From: a virus
Taxonomy: Duplodnaviria; Caudoviricetes
Length of the DNA stretch: 64,000 nt
Strand: one strand, 5' to 3'
Virus record (IMG/VR): IMGVR_UViG_3300037067_013742
Coordinates: 165,065-229,064 of that record
Shown here one piece after another: positions 17,385 through 26,922 of the stretch (the stretch's first letter is position 1; each line of letters begins with the position of its first letter). Below the pieces are notes generated by a model that made no database searches, had not been told where the DNA came from, and worked only from the letters and a program-made list of their open reading frames with translations. The position numbers were made by a program, and so were the translations under genes.

Positions 17385-18133
17385 CGTATTGGTGTAACTA
17401 CTTCCTTAATTGAGTCTTTCCACTGGATTCTAGGAGTATCTTTTAGCTCATTATAGATTCTAAAGATATGCTCGTCTCTCTGCCCCTCTTCTATTCTTTG
17501 AATTTCTTCCCTTGTAACGCCGCCAACCCTCTCGGCGATCTTATTCATCTTACCAATCCAGATATCTCCAGTACAGTAAGGATGGAGATACATGGCATCA
17601 CTTACTACGTTAGGAGAATCTAGCATTGGCTCCATAGAGACAGAGGTTTTATATCCAAGGGTAAAAGCGGTTACCAGACAGGAGAACCTTTCTTCGAAAG
17701 GTGGAGCACCAGGTTCCCAGGTCTTTAGGATTTCATTATTTCTACATCCAATAGTGAATCTAAAAACTACCTTATCTTTATAGTCTTCTAGACAATCATA
17801 TAGCTGAAGCATACAGCTTAATCTTGGTTTGCTGGTAATGAGAACTTCATTCCCCGCGCCAAGAAGATTTAGTATTGCTCCCTTACATTCGGAGAAATTC
17901 TCTGGGAAAATATCATGCGCTGATGGGAACATTACGATTCCGTCGTAGAGCTTACGTTCGTCCTTCTGATTTCTCTTTGAGCGGGGCATCTCAGTCCATT
18001 CGGCAAAAGTAGATATCTCTCGACGTAGAACGGCCATCTTTCTTGAGTAACAGTATTGGCATCCGTTAGGACAATTGGTAGAACAGTTAATTCCCTTGCT
18101 TGCCCACTCATAAATTCCGGTTGTCTTCTTCAT
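17381..18133 (-). CDS. Radical SAM protein (SPL/DUF5131-like)
   Basis: CPNGCQYCY (CxxxCxxC), LITSK, WEPGAP, SVSMEP. Confidence 0.8.
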   Translation of the reverse strand: MKKTTGIYEWASKGINCSTNCPNGCQYCYSRKMAVLRREISTFAEWTEMPRSKRNQKDERKLYDGIVMFPSAHDIFPENFSECKGAILNLLGAGNEVLITSKPRLSCMLQLYDCLEDYKDKVVFRFTIGCRNNEILKTWEPGAPPFEERFSCLVTAFTLGYKTSVSMEPMLDSPNVVSDAMYLHPYCTGDIWIGKMNKIAERVGGVTREEIQRIEEGQRDEHIFRIYNELKDTPRIQWKDSIKEVVTPIR

Positions 18134-18148
18134 TTATACTTTCCGATC

Positions 18149-18643
18149 TTAATGGTTATCGTTGTCTGTATGAATGTAGCTATCAGGAGAGAAGATAAAT
18201 CTTTCTAGTTCCTCTGGGGAGTCAAACATCTTAATGTTTTGACCCTCTTCTGCGTTAGACTGATGATCTATATATCCGTAGGGTGATGAATTAAGTGGCT
18301 CATAATCATTAGTAAGATTCCACTCAATTTTCTTCACTCCGAGGTTCTTCTTAAGAATAGCTTCTAGCATCTTTAGCCATTGATCAGCGATGTAATTAGT
18401 CTTCTTATCTTTCTTCCAGTCAGCTTGAGATCTTTTGCCGCAGATCTGTAGATAGGCAAAGTTGATTAGTGAGCCAAGATCTTTATGGTCTTCTGGCTCC
18501 CAACCAAACTCTGTCGTCCCGCCCAGGTCGTCCGGAACCTGAAGAGTATCTTTCCCAAGTAGTACAACCTTGGGCCTCTTATTTCCAATGACTACAAAGG
18601 AACTGCTAGAGCTATTACTCACTAACCCGGTTCTAATCTTCAT
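18149..18643 (-). CDS. VSNSS-tag family protein 3
   Basis: MKIRTGLVSNSSSSSF; C-terminal GYIDHQS. Confidence 0.8.
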   Translation of the reverse strand: MKIRTGLVSNSSSSSFVVIGNKRPKVVLLGKDTLQVPDDLGGTTEFGWEPEDHKDLGSLINFAYLQICGKRSQADWKKDKKTNYIADQWLKMLEAILKKNLGVKKIEWNLTNDYEPLNSSPYGYIDHQSNAEEGQNIKMFDSPEELERFIFSPDSYIHTDNDNH

Positions 18644-18655
18644 TAGCTTCCTCTA

Positions 18656-19126
18656 TCAGCCGTTATACCAAGCATCTTCATAGGTTCCAAACTTTATATC
18701 TGGACCAAGAGCCTCTTTTAGTGTGGCTTCTACCCTAGCCTTGAATTGGGCTCCAGTCTCATCATCCTTAACTGAGTCCCAGCTCTCTCCGAAGTAGAAG
18801 TAGTCTTCTCCCCTGCCCTTTTGATCCTGGCCTACGACTTGGTTTAAGGTTTCTCCCAAGTCTTGACTTACATAAGTATCAATATCAGCATCAGTATATG
18901 GTTCTTCCCTAGGTGCGTCGTAGGGATAAGTCTTACCTGGGTTATCCTTTAGCCACTGCTCTCGAAACTTTATGTTGCCTTGGACTTCATCGTTCATTGC
19001 CTGCAGAGTCTTAACTCGGTTGGCTACTGTTAGTAACCTCAAAGCTTCCTTCTCGTTTAGACATACTCCATAAATTAAGAAGGAAGAGCTGCTGCTGTTA
19101 CTGACCAAACCCTGTCTTATCTTCAT
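18656..19126 (-). CDS. VSNSS-tag family protein 4
   Basis: MKIRQGLVSNSSSSSF. Confidence 0.8.
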   Translation of the reverse strand: MKIRQGLVSNSSSSSFLIYGVCLNEKEALRLLTVANRVKTLQAMNDEVQGNIKFREQWLKDNPGKTYPYDAPREEPYTDADIDTYVSQDLGETLNQVVGQDQKGRGEDYFYFGESWDSVKDDETGAQFKARVEATLKEALGPDIKFGTYEDAWYNG

Positions 19127-19135
19127 TTGTATCTC

Positions 19136-19525
19136 CTATGAGTAAACCGTAAAGTCATGTAGCTCGCATTCGGTTCCCGGCCCAAAAAGCTCTACGGCTT
19201 CCTTATCCACCCGCTCCATAAACTCCGCCTTTGTCTCATCATCCTTCATGGAGTTAAAGGGGTGGTAGCCCCAATAGACATAGTCTTCATCGTCGGCAAT
19301 AAAGCCTAGCTTGGCAAGAGCCTCTTCAGGAATGGCATCAAGTAACTCCTCTGGGCTATACTCATAATAGCTCTTACCCAAAGCTACTCTTTGTATTGAT
19401 AGAAGTTCTCGAAGCTTTCCTTCTTTTAGAACGGCGGCTATGGCCTCATTTAGATGCATCTCTACGCCATAAATTACATAGGATGAGGAGCTCGAGTTAC
19501 TAACAAAAGAGTTTCTGATTTTCAT
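19136..19525 (-). CDS. VSNSS-tag family protein 5
   Basis: MKIRNSFVSNSSSSSY; shares KDDETxAxFxxRV with protein 4. Confidence 0.8.
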   Translation of the reverse strand: MKIRNSFVSNSSSSSYVIYGVEMHLNEAIAAVLKEGKLRELLSIQRVALGKSYYEYSPEELLDAIPEEALAKLGFIADDEDYVYWGYHPFNSMKDDETKAEFMERVDKEAVELFGPGTECELHDFTVYS

Positions 19526-19932
19526 TAGCGTGTTTTATCCTTTACTAAAATTAGGTCTGGGGTTCTAATCTCTAAAGTCATCTTGCAGATGGCTTCTTCT
19601 ATTCCCTCGCCATCATCTGATGCGGAGCCATACCAAATCTTAAAGCCATTGTGGATTAGTGCTACGAACTCATCCAGAAGCTCATCTTCTTCACAACAGT
19701 AGTCTTCACCACAGAGGTCGGCTATTGTTGTATATGGCTGCTTGGCTTCTCCGTTCCATCTAGCTGTGACCTCTTGAAAGAAGAAGCTTGCCATCTCTTC
19801 TGCTAATGGTCTTAGTGGAGAGGTTTCTGGAACGTCAAAAGCCTCTAGAAGCTTTTCTTCTGATAGTTCTTTTGCGGCAATCCAAAAGGAGGAGCTACTA
19901 CTATTGCTGACAAGACCATTTCTTATCTTCAT
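19525..19932 (-). CDS. VSNSS-tag family protein 6
   Basis: MKIRNGLVSNSSSSSF. Confidence 0.8.
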   Translation of the reverse strand: MKIRNGLVSNSSSSSFWIAAKELSEEKLLEAFDVPETSPLRPLAEEMASFFFQEVTARWNGEAKQPYTTIADLCGEDYCCEEDELLDEFVALIHNGFKIWYGSASDDGEGIEEAICKMTLEIRTPDLILVKDKTR

Positions 19933-19936
19933 ATTC

Positions 19937-20407
19937 TTATCCCTTTACGAACTTTAGGAAGTCTCTATAGGTCTTAAACCTGGTCTTTAGCTTTTCTATC
20001 TCATCAATAAGGTTTAGAGAAAATTTCTGGCATATATGTGCTGTGTATTCGTGGTTATATAACTTCTTCCTTCTTCTATTGAGCTTCTTTACTTCTTCGA
20101 ATACTTCCGCGCGGGGGATTTTGTATTCCTTTAGAAAGAAGGCCGAGAGGTCATTATGTGATGGAGCTTGCCACTGACAAACCGGGCAGTACCTTTCTGG
20201 AACGTCATCATTATCGAAATCGTATGATTCATTACTATCATCGATCTCTTCTAGGAGATCCTCTTCGCAGATGTTGTGATCATTTATACAGCTGTAGGTC
20301 TTCTGATCTCCATAGTCTCCGTCCCAGCCTGTTAGGGTTTCGCCGCAAACGTCACAGGTGAAAGATGATGCACTGCTATTACTTACTAGTCCCCGACGTA
20401 TCTTCAT
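19937..20407 (-). CDS. VSNSS-tag family protein 7 with Cys/His zinc-binding motifs
   Basis: MKIRRGLVSNSSASSF, then CDVC, CINDHNIC, CPVC. Confidence 0.8.
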   Translation of the reverse strand: MKIRRGLVSNSSASSFTCDVCGETLTGWDGDYGDQKTYSCINDHNICEEDLLEEIDDSNESYDFDNDDVPERYCPVCQWQAPSHNDLSAFFLKEYKIPRAEVFEEVKKLNRRRKKLYNHEYTAHICQKFSLNLIDEIEKLKTRFKTYRDFLKFVKG

Positions 20408-20681
20408 CTTTAGTCTCCTCTATAGATTTTCTTGGATCTCCTGACCGAAGAGCATCCCCTAACTGATTTCTCTGTTTGGCAAGTTCGGTCATCTCTGTTC
20501 CGAGAGTTTTCATCTTGGCCGAGATGGCGTCCTCTATATCTGGCCACTCACAAAGTTGGAGCAATTTACTAGATAGAGAAAAGTCTATAACCCCACTGGT
20601 TATATAGACGGCCGCTTCCATGATATCGGGGGTGTTAATAAAGAATGGCCCACGGGTTTCTATATCTTTCTTACTGTTCAT
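20379..20681 (-). CDS. Hypothetical protein
   Basis: ORF track. Confidence 0.5.
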   Translation of the reverse strand: MNSKKDIETRGPFFINTPDIMEAAVYITSGVIDFSLSSKLLQLCEWPDIEDAISAKMKTLGTEMTELAKQRNQLGDALRSGDPRKSIEETKDEDTSGTSK

Positions 20682-20979
20682 TTAACGCCCTAACTATCTT
20701 CATTCTTTTGGCTAGATACCAAACGGCTCCCTGATGCTCTGGTCTATCTAAGGATTCAAATTCTTCTATCTCTACTTCTGCCCAAATCCGTCCTCGTGTA
20801 GAGAGGTGCGGAGCTTTTGGAGTGGCTACGCAATGCCAACCTGGCCTAAGGGCAAACCCATTAGTCTTGTGGCACTCGGCTTCTAGCCACTTGCCGATAG
20901 GAAGTCTTTGCTTTTTGTTAATAAATAAAGAAGTTATCTCGCCGCTCTTGAGCTGGCGAACAAGCTTGTAGGCTTTCAT
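20671..20979 (-). CDS. Phage-type hypothetical protein
   Basis: MKAYKL...LFIN...RPGWH pattern. Confidence 0.55.
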   Translation of the reverse strand: MKAYKLVRQLKSGEITSLFINKKQRLPIGKWLEAECHKTNGFALRPGWHCVATPKAPHLSTRGRIWAEVEIEEFESLDRPEHQGAVWYLAKRMKIVRALNEQ

Positions 20980-20992
20980 AGAATCTTCCTAA

Positions 20993-21655
20993 TTAGTTCT
21001 CTATCTCTTCTTTATAGATACCATCAAACAATATTGGAGTTCTTGACATAAAGTCTTTAACTAGGGGAATCATAACTTCTCTCATACGAGGATGGGCTTT
21101 CTTTGAAGTCCTAAGCGATAGTATATGTCTCCACTCCCGAACATCAGCACCGATAACAATCTCTGCCTTTAATCCTATGCATAGAGCCTCTCTAGCAATT
21201 TCGGCTGGGCAGCCCGCGTCTACTAAAGCGAGATAAGATTCTTGTGATTGCGCCCAGCTATCTAGGAGCATCGATTTATATAGAGCCCTCTTCTCAGAGT
21301 CTGCTATCTTCATGGCTAGTATTCGATCGGGATCGATACAAGTAATCTCTCTACCAAATTTATCTTTAGCATAGTTACAGTAGCGAGTGCTTTCTTGTGC
21401 GAAGCTGGCTAAACGCATTCTGACGAGCTCGTGCGTAAATCCGCGATTAGAATAGAACTTAACCACTATCCAACCACCAAACTCTATCATCGCGTGGTGA
21501 CCACTCTTGATGAGTCTCGCAACTAGTGATTCCGCCGATCCTTGCGAAATTTTGTCTTCACTTTTGTAGCACACGCGTGACGCTCTTTCTATAGATAGGA
21601 GTGGGTTTTCTGGGAATTCGAGAATTTCATAACTAGCATCTATAATATTTGGCAT
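20993..21655 (-). CDS. thyX: Flavin-dependent thymidylate synthase
   Basis: RVCYKSE, GHHAMIEF, THELVRMRLASFAQESTRY, AHPRMR. The motif reads RMR rather than the usual RHR. Confidence 0.9.
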   Translation of the reverse strand: MPNIIDASYEILEFPENPLLSIERASRVCYKSEDKISQGSAESLVARLIKSGHHAMIEFGGWIVVKFYSNRGFTHELVRMRLASFAQESTRYCNYAKDKFGREITCIDPDRILAMKIADSEKRALYKSMLLDSWAQSQESYLALVDAGCPAEIAREALCIGLKAEIVIGADVREWRHILSLRTSKKAHPRMREVMIPLVKDFMSRTPILFDGIYKEEIEN

Positions 21656-21662
21656 TTCTTAC

Positions 21663-22331
21663 CTATATATCTATTACTACAATAGGGTTAACTGGTTCAT
21701 AAGCTTCATTACATACGGCGGCATTAACATACCAAGTCCTGTTATTTGGGTCTTGCCACTTGATACCGCCCTGAAGATGCAGATGACCAAAGACATGTAG
21801 CTTTAACTTCATACCATTTAAAATGGTCCGAAGTTCTTCACATCCCTGAGGCGTATAGGTTCTTGGTACTCTATCTAATACCCCGTTAGGCGGTCCATGG
21901 GTTATTAGGATGTCTGTATCTTTTGGAATTTTGTCCCATACCTCTTTAATCTCCTCGCCTCTATATTTGTTGAAAGCCCAATAGTGTCCGCCAAACCAAG
22001 GAGTCCAGGGCGAGCCGTAAATCTTATAGCCATTAAATGTAGTTTCACTATCTAGGAGTAGAGTACAGTGAGTAAGAATTTCTCTAGCTGCTTGGTCTGG
22101 GAGTGATCTATCGTGATTGCCGGGGATACATATAACTGGAACTGTTTGTTTTCGGCACCACTCATTAAAAGATTCTAGAGATTCTAGCTCGCCAGTATTA
22201 GTTATATCTCCGGCATGAAGAATAAGATCACACCAAGGAACATAAACCCTATTTTCGAGGGTATGTGTATCCGCCAGACAACAGACTTTCAATTTATTCC
22301 TCCGAATATGCGGGGAAGTGAGGGACATCAA
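21663..22331 (-). CDS. Metallophosphoesterase (true start probably near 22293)
   Basis: ADTH, HAGD, GNHD, THGPP, FGHLH. Confidence 0.85.
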   Translation of the reverse strand: MMSLTSPHIRRNKLKVCCLADTHTLENRVYVPWCDLILHAGDITNTGELESLESFNEWCRKQTVPVICIPGNHDRSLPDQAAREILTHCTLLLDSETTFNGYKIYGSPWTPWFGGHYWAFNKYRGEEIKEVWDKIPKDTDILITHGPPNGVLDRVPRTYTPQGCEELRTILNGMKLKLHVFGHLHLQGGIKWQDPNNRTWYVNAAVCNEAYEPVNPIVVIDI

Positions 22332-23163
22332 GCTCTAGTTGAATATCAACCATTGCTTCGACGTCTAGAGTTCTACGGCAAGCCTCTTCACCAAATAAGC
22401 TGGCCATCTCTTCCGGGCTTTTGAAGTAAGTCTCTTCTGAATAATTCATAGAGAGAGTTTCTAGAGTCTGCCCGTGTTGGAGAGCCATCATAATATTGTG
22501 AATATAGTGGTCTTCCCGCCGAAGAAAGTGAGCATCATTGGTAGGAATCCATGGTACATCAAACTTCTTAGAGAGCTCTTCTTGAAGTACGTTTACTCTC
22601 TTCTGAACTTCCATCCCGTGGTCCATAAACTCTAGCCAGAATCTTCCCTTGAAGGATTCTTTTAGCCGGCCCAACCATTTCTCCGCAACCTCTCGATGGC
22701 CTTCGGCTAGATTCCATGCAACTGGTCCTTTTATACAGGCGCTAGTTACTATAAGGTCTTTGCCGATTTCCTCAATTAGTTTTAGTGAGACTCTAGGCTT
22801 GTAGTAAAAGCCTTCTAGAAATCCTATGCTACTAAGCTTATAGAGTTGTTTTACGCCCTCAGCATTTATAGCTAATAGGACTAGGTGATAGTTCTGCTGG
22901 GCTGGAACATCCTCGATCTTTTCTTTTAGAGTGTGGTCGTCAGTCGGCGAGATATAAATTTCACAACCAATTAATGGCTTTATCTCTTGTTTCTTACATT
23001 CTTCATAGAGTCTTATCGCGCTCGCCATTAGGCCATGATCTGTAACCGCAACGGCTTTCATCCCAAGTTCTTTACAGCGAGCAACCAGCTCGGGAATTTT
23101 GATTATAGAATCAAGGATACTGCGGTCTGAGTGGACGTGAGTATGGACTAGCTCAACTGTCAT
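22294..23163 (-). CDS. dnaE: Stand-alone PHP domain of DNA polymerase III alpha
   Basis: HTHVHSDRSILD, AVTDHG, KPLIGCEIY, HLVLLA, GFYYKPR, TNDAHF. Ends where full-length DnaE continues into the palm domain. Confidence 0.9.
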   Translation of the reverse strand: MTVELVHTHVHSDRSILDSIIKIPELVARCKELGMKAVAVTDHGLMASAIRLYEECKKQEIKPLIGCEIYISPTDDHTLKEKIEDVPAQQNYHLVLLAINAEGVKQLYKLSSIGFLEGFYYKPRVSLKLIEEIGKDLIVTSACIKGPVAWNLAEGHREVAEKWLGRLKESFKGRFWLEFMDHGMEVQKRVNVLQEELSKKFDVPWIPTNDAHFLRREDHYIHNIMMALQHGQTLETLSMNYSEETYFKSPEEMASLFGEEACRRTLDVEAMVDIQLELDVPHFPAYSEE

Positions 23164-23806
23164 TCTGATGTTCCTTTATCTTTAGGTCATTAGCGATCAT
23201 ATAGTCCCTTAGCTTGATTAACTGGTGCGCAAAGTCCTTCTCAGCCGTGGGATTCCTAAGGATATAGGAGGGATGATAGATTACATACAGATCCGCATCT
23301 ATCCCAAAGACATTTTCGTCTGGCCCAAAGAATCTTCCAACAACGGAGCTGACTGTCCCTGGGTAGTTTCTCATTAGTGCGGCGGCAGCAATACCACCAC
23401 CAGCCACTATAAGCTGAGGCTTGTGAGCTTTAATAACGGTCGAGACATTGGAGCTACAAGCTTTAACCTCCGCCGAGGTGGGAGCTCTGTTTTCTCTCTT
23501 ATCTCCAGCTGGCGGATGTGGACGACAAAGAGCTACGTTATAAATAAGAAAATCTCTATCGAGATTAACGAGAGTTGTCTCGGCTACTTTCTCAAAGGTT
23601 GTCGCAGCAGGGCCATTCATAACGAGATCGCCAAGCTCTTCGTTCTTTCCGGCAGCCTCAAAGAGCATTGAGACTTTAGCCTTCCAGTTTCCTCTAGGAT
23701 GAACTGGGTATGAAAGTTCTGAGAGTCCACAAGCTCGGCACTTGCTCCTAGTGTCTCCAAATAGAGCTTCTATTTCAGCGGGGAGATTGGCTCTAAGTCG
23801 TTCCAT
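23153..23806 (-). CDS. Uracil-DNA glycosylase, family 4
   Basis: CRACGL, EAAGKNEE, NVALCRP, NRAPT..E..AC, YHPSYILRN. Confidence 0.85.
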   Translation of the reverse strand: MERLRANLPAEIEALFGDTRSKCRACGLSELSYPVHPRGNWKAKVSMLFEAAGKNEELGDLVMNGPAATTFEKVAETTLVNLDRDFLIYNVALCRPHPPAGDKRENRAPTSAEVKACSSNVSTVIKAHKPQLIVAGGGIAAAALMRNYPGTVSSVVGRFFGPDENVFGIDADLYVIYHPSYILRNPTAEKDFAHQLIKLRDYMIANDLKIKEHQNDS

Positions 23807-24023
23807 CTGAATGCCTACTCCTACTTACCATCTCTTGTATTTTCTCCAGTCCCTTTACTGCATGCTTTCCTTGCCAGAATAGGGTTGGAAGCGGCCAATT
23901 AATCTCTACCCAAACATCTCCCTTCTTTACCAGGAGTGGGTCAAATTCAATTCCTTCTGATAGGAGAATATCTATAGCTTCCTGTGACTCTTGCCCAGGG
24001 CCAAGGAGTAGTATATTTCTCAT
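23793..24023 (-). CDS. Small protein, possibly glutaredoxin-like fold without CxxC
   Basis: LLSEGIEF...LPTLF...G pattern. Confidence 0.3.
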   Translation of the reverse strand: MRNILLLGPGQESQEAIDILLSEGIEFDPLLVKKGDVWVEINWPLPTLFWQGKHAVKGLEKIQEMVSRSRHSDGTT

Positions 24024-24031
24024 CTGAATTA

Positions 24032-24352
24032 CTACCTATTTGGATTAGAAGAATCTATTAGGCGGGCTAGCTTCTCTTCTTCTTGGGCGCTTGGAGTTAG
24101 AACAGAAGCTCTCTCAGCTCGTATCTGAGCCTCTCTAGCCATCCTCATCTGTTGTTCTCTGACCTGATCGACTAGTCTCCTGTAGTCGGCGGCGATATCG
24201 TCTCTAACCCAGAGCTTTGTGCCATTCTTCATTGGAATAAATCCCATCTCGCAGCCGCGTTGCTTGTGCATTCTCTTTGCGTCAGCGGCTTCTTTCGAGT
24301 CTCGACACTCTTGGTGATAGCCACAATACTTGCAGTGAAACATATACATCAC
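24032..24352 (-). CDS. Hypothetical protein with zinc-finger-like motif
   Basis: CKYC...H....C. Confidence 0.45.
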   Translation of the reverse strand: MMYMFHCKYCGYHQECRDSKEAADAKRMHKQRGCEMGFIPMKNGTKLWVRDDIAADYRRLVDQVREQQMRMAREAQIRAERASVLTPSAQEEEKLARLIDSSNPNR

Positions 24353-26703
24353 TTAACCTCTAGTACCTTTTCTGCTAGTTCGCCAGCTGGTTCTCCCTCT
24401 GGTTCTTCCTGTGTTTTCATTACAGTTCTAGAACTCATCTTGGCAACCTTGAACTTCTCATAGATCTCGTTGAAGATAGTAGGGCTCATTGCCATTGCTG
24501 TGTTAACTCGACCCTGGCCCAAACGCTCTCCGTTATATGAGTACCAGGCTCCAGACTTGTCAACAATCCCCATCTCGGAGGCGATATCCAAGAGAGATAG
24601 CTCTTTCGAAAAGCCGGAGTTAAAGAACATTGAAACGATAGCCGTGCGGTGTGGCGGAGCAACCTTATTCTTCTTTATGTCGGCCTCGACATCGATTCCG
24701 ATTGGTAGTCCGTCTTCCGCTAGATCGCCACTCTTCCTAACCTTGATGATTTGGCTAGCGAAGAACTTTAGAGCATTACCACCTGGCCTTGTCTCGCCAC
24801 CATAAGGACCTATCTTGGAGTTGTGAGTAAGAAACTGGTCGGCAATAAATAGGCCCGAGTCTGTTTCTATATCTATTGCCTGGAAGCTAGCCGTGGTTAT
24901 TTTTTCGACCCTATTGAATCTATGGCTGCTTAAGAACTTGGTAGCCTCCTGAAGCTTCTTGTTTTCTATTGGCTGGAGCATATCTATCAAACGGCTTCTA
25001 GATATATTAAGCCTTTTGAATAGGCACATTTTAAAAGAGGAATAGTATGGATGTTTATAAGTGCCCCTAATCTTCTCGTCTTTTAACGTGTTGAATATCT
25101 CAAGTCCATACTCATAAGGCACTACGTCATACTTTCCGCGAGCTCCATTGGAGCTAGTAAACTGGAGGGCCTTCTTCTGCTTTTCGGGCTCGGCAAATCC
25201 TATGTCTTCACGGAAGCGAATGGCATCTTCTCCTGTTAGATATAAATACTTGCCTCTAACGTCTGCAAAAATCCCCATATAGTATAGGACTTTAGAAAAT
25301 TCGTAGGTTGCGTCTATGTTTTCATGGGTAGATATAAATCCATATCTGTTAAATTTATGAGTATCAAAGAAAGCACCTCTTATGAAGTGCTTAATAATAG
25401 AACGTCTGGATCTGAGGATTATCGCAGGAATAGTTTTTTCTTGTCCATGTGATTTACACCCAAGGGCAGAAAGGAAGTAATAAACTTGCTGGCCCCAGAG
25501 GGCAATTTTTGATTGCTTTTCTGATATGGAGTAGCAGCTCTCGGGAAATAATTTCTTTACAGAGTTAGATATGAGCTCAAATCGCTCACGGTTATGTTCT
25601 GTGAACTGCATCCGATAATCAGATTTCTCCTCATCTCTGAAAAGATTTCCGTCCGAATAGCAACAACCAAGGAAGAAGGCTAAATCATCGTCCAGGTTAG
25701 TTGGTAACTCTATGTCTTTACACGCTAAAGTAGCCATACTCTTGGCATAGGAGACCTGGTCCATTAGAGATGGCTTCTCATTCTCATTCGAGATACTCTC
25801 TATTGAGAGAATTGGTTGGATTAGCCAATCTCCAATAGAGATTTCGCTACCAGCTTTGTAAATATTCAAGCCATTAGAGATGACTGGCTGCTGATGGTTG
25901 TTGCTTAGTTTAAATGGAGGGCGGTGCTTTATGCTAAGCTCTCTTCCCTCTACCATTAGGGAGGCAGAAATCCCCTTTATCTTTGCGGCTATGCCCTTTC
26001 TCTCTAAAACTAGATCTCCTTCTTTAGATTCTGAGAGGTGACAAAGTCTGCCATTTCTTAGAACTATAGAAGTAAGGGGTAAGCAGCGAATTTGGTTTAC
26101 GCAGATAAGGGTTGAGCTATGTCTCTTTAGCGGACCAACAACCTTGCGGCAGAACTGACCCATAAGCCTTGCTACCTTACCAATAGCTTGATCGCCAACC
26201 TCTCCATCAAGCTCATCCTGTGAGGCTAGGGCTGCTACAGAGTCAAGGATAACCAAAGGTACCTGTCCGCTCTCAACGGCCTGCATGACAACGTTTAGAG
26301 CGTCCTCTGCCGAGTCTGGCTGGGCAACCCAGAGGTTAGTTCGGCTAACCCCATTCTTTTGCATCCATACCGGATCCAGGGCATGTTCTAGGTCTACATA
26401 GACTATTGGGCTATTGGGTTCAACTATTTGGAGCTGAGATACTACCCGCAATGCGAGAGTGCTCTTTCCCGTTGATTCTTGGCCGTATATTTCTATGATT
26501 CTTCCCCGCGGAAATCCAAATACGCCCAGGGCGTCATCAAGAGCAGCCAGCCCAGTGGGGATAACTCGTACATCTAGAACCTGGACGCTATCATCTCCCA
26601 TACAGAAGAACGAGGTCCCGCCTAGCTTCTTCTGTAGAGAGGCTGCCGTAATCTCCCAGCTAGAGATTGTCGGTTTTGTTCCGTCTTCCTTCTTCTTAGC
26701 CAA
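24349..26703 (-). CDS. recA: RecA recombinase containing an intein (mature about 362 aa)
   Basis: GRIIEIYGQESTGKST, DLEHALDP, DSVAAL, NQIR|intein|SKIG, PGGNALKF, KNKVAPP. Confidence 0.95.
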   Translation of the reverse strand: MAKKKEDGTKPTISSWEITAASLQKKLGGTSFFCMGDDSVQVLDVRVIPTGLAALDDALGVFGFPRGRIIEIYGQESTGKSTLALRVVSQLQIVEPNSPIVYVDLEHALDPVWMQKNGVSRTNLWVAQPDSAEDALNVVMQAVESGQVPLVILDSVAALASQDELDGEVGDQAIGKVARLMGQFCRKVVGPLKRHSSTLICVNQIRCLPLTSIVLRNGRLCHLSESKEGDLVLERKGIAAKIKGISASLMVEGRELSIKHRPPFKLSNNHQQPVISNGLNIYKAGSEISIGDWLIQPILSIESISNENEKPSLMDQVSYAKSMATLACKDIELPTNLDDDLAFFLGCCYSDGNLFRDEEKSDYRMQFTEHNRERFELISNSVKKLFPESCYSISEKQSKIALWGQQVYYFLSALGCKSHGQEKTIPAIILRSRRSIIKHFIRGAFFDTHKFNRYGFISTHENIDATYEFSKVLYYMGIFADVRGKYLYLTGEDAIRFREDIGFAEPEKQKKALQFTSSNGARGKYDVVPYEYGLEIFNTLKDEKIRGTYKHPYYSSFKMCLFKRLNISRSRLIDMLQPIENKKLQEATKFLSSHRFNRVEKITTASFQAIDIETDSGLFIADQFLTHNSKIGPYGGETRPGGNALKFFASQIIKVRKSGDLAEDGLPIGIDVEADIKKNKVAPPHRTAIVSMFFNSGFSKELSLLDIASEMGIVDKSGAWYSYNGERLGQGRVNTAMAMSPTIFNEIYEKFKVAKMSSRTVMKTQEEPEGEPAGELAEKVLEVK
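24820..26085 (-). mobile_element. RecA intein with LAGLIDADG domain (422 aa)
   Basis: CLPLTS...FFLGCCYSDG...FIRGAFFD...FLTHN|S. Confidence 0.9.
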
Positions 26704-26922
26704 TCAATCCTCCGTAATGCCTAGTTCTCTCGCCCTTAGCAAAAGGGCTACGTTATCTTCTTTGTAAAGCTGCCCTATCAGTTTGTTTAACTCTAAGTCT
26801 TGGCTCTCTAAATCTTCTGGTATATCTGACCAGCCAGATAAGAGGACGCTGGCAATGCCCTCAACCATTCCCCTTCGGGTATTCTCCCAGGTAAGCGCAA
26901 CTAGAACTTCCTCTGATGTCAC
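26704..26922 (-). CDS. Hypothetical protein
   Basis: ORF track. Confidence 0.45.
   Translation of the reverse strand: MTSEEVLVALTWENTRRGMVEGIASVLLSGWSDIPEDLESQDLELNKLIGQLYKEDNVALLLRARELGITED

Noticed and set aside
9901-22293. Giant intron joining the DnaE PHP and core ORFs
   Set aside because: No group I/II core or splice-site signals; both ORFs have their own stop or coupled start.
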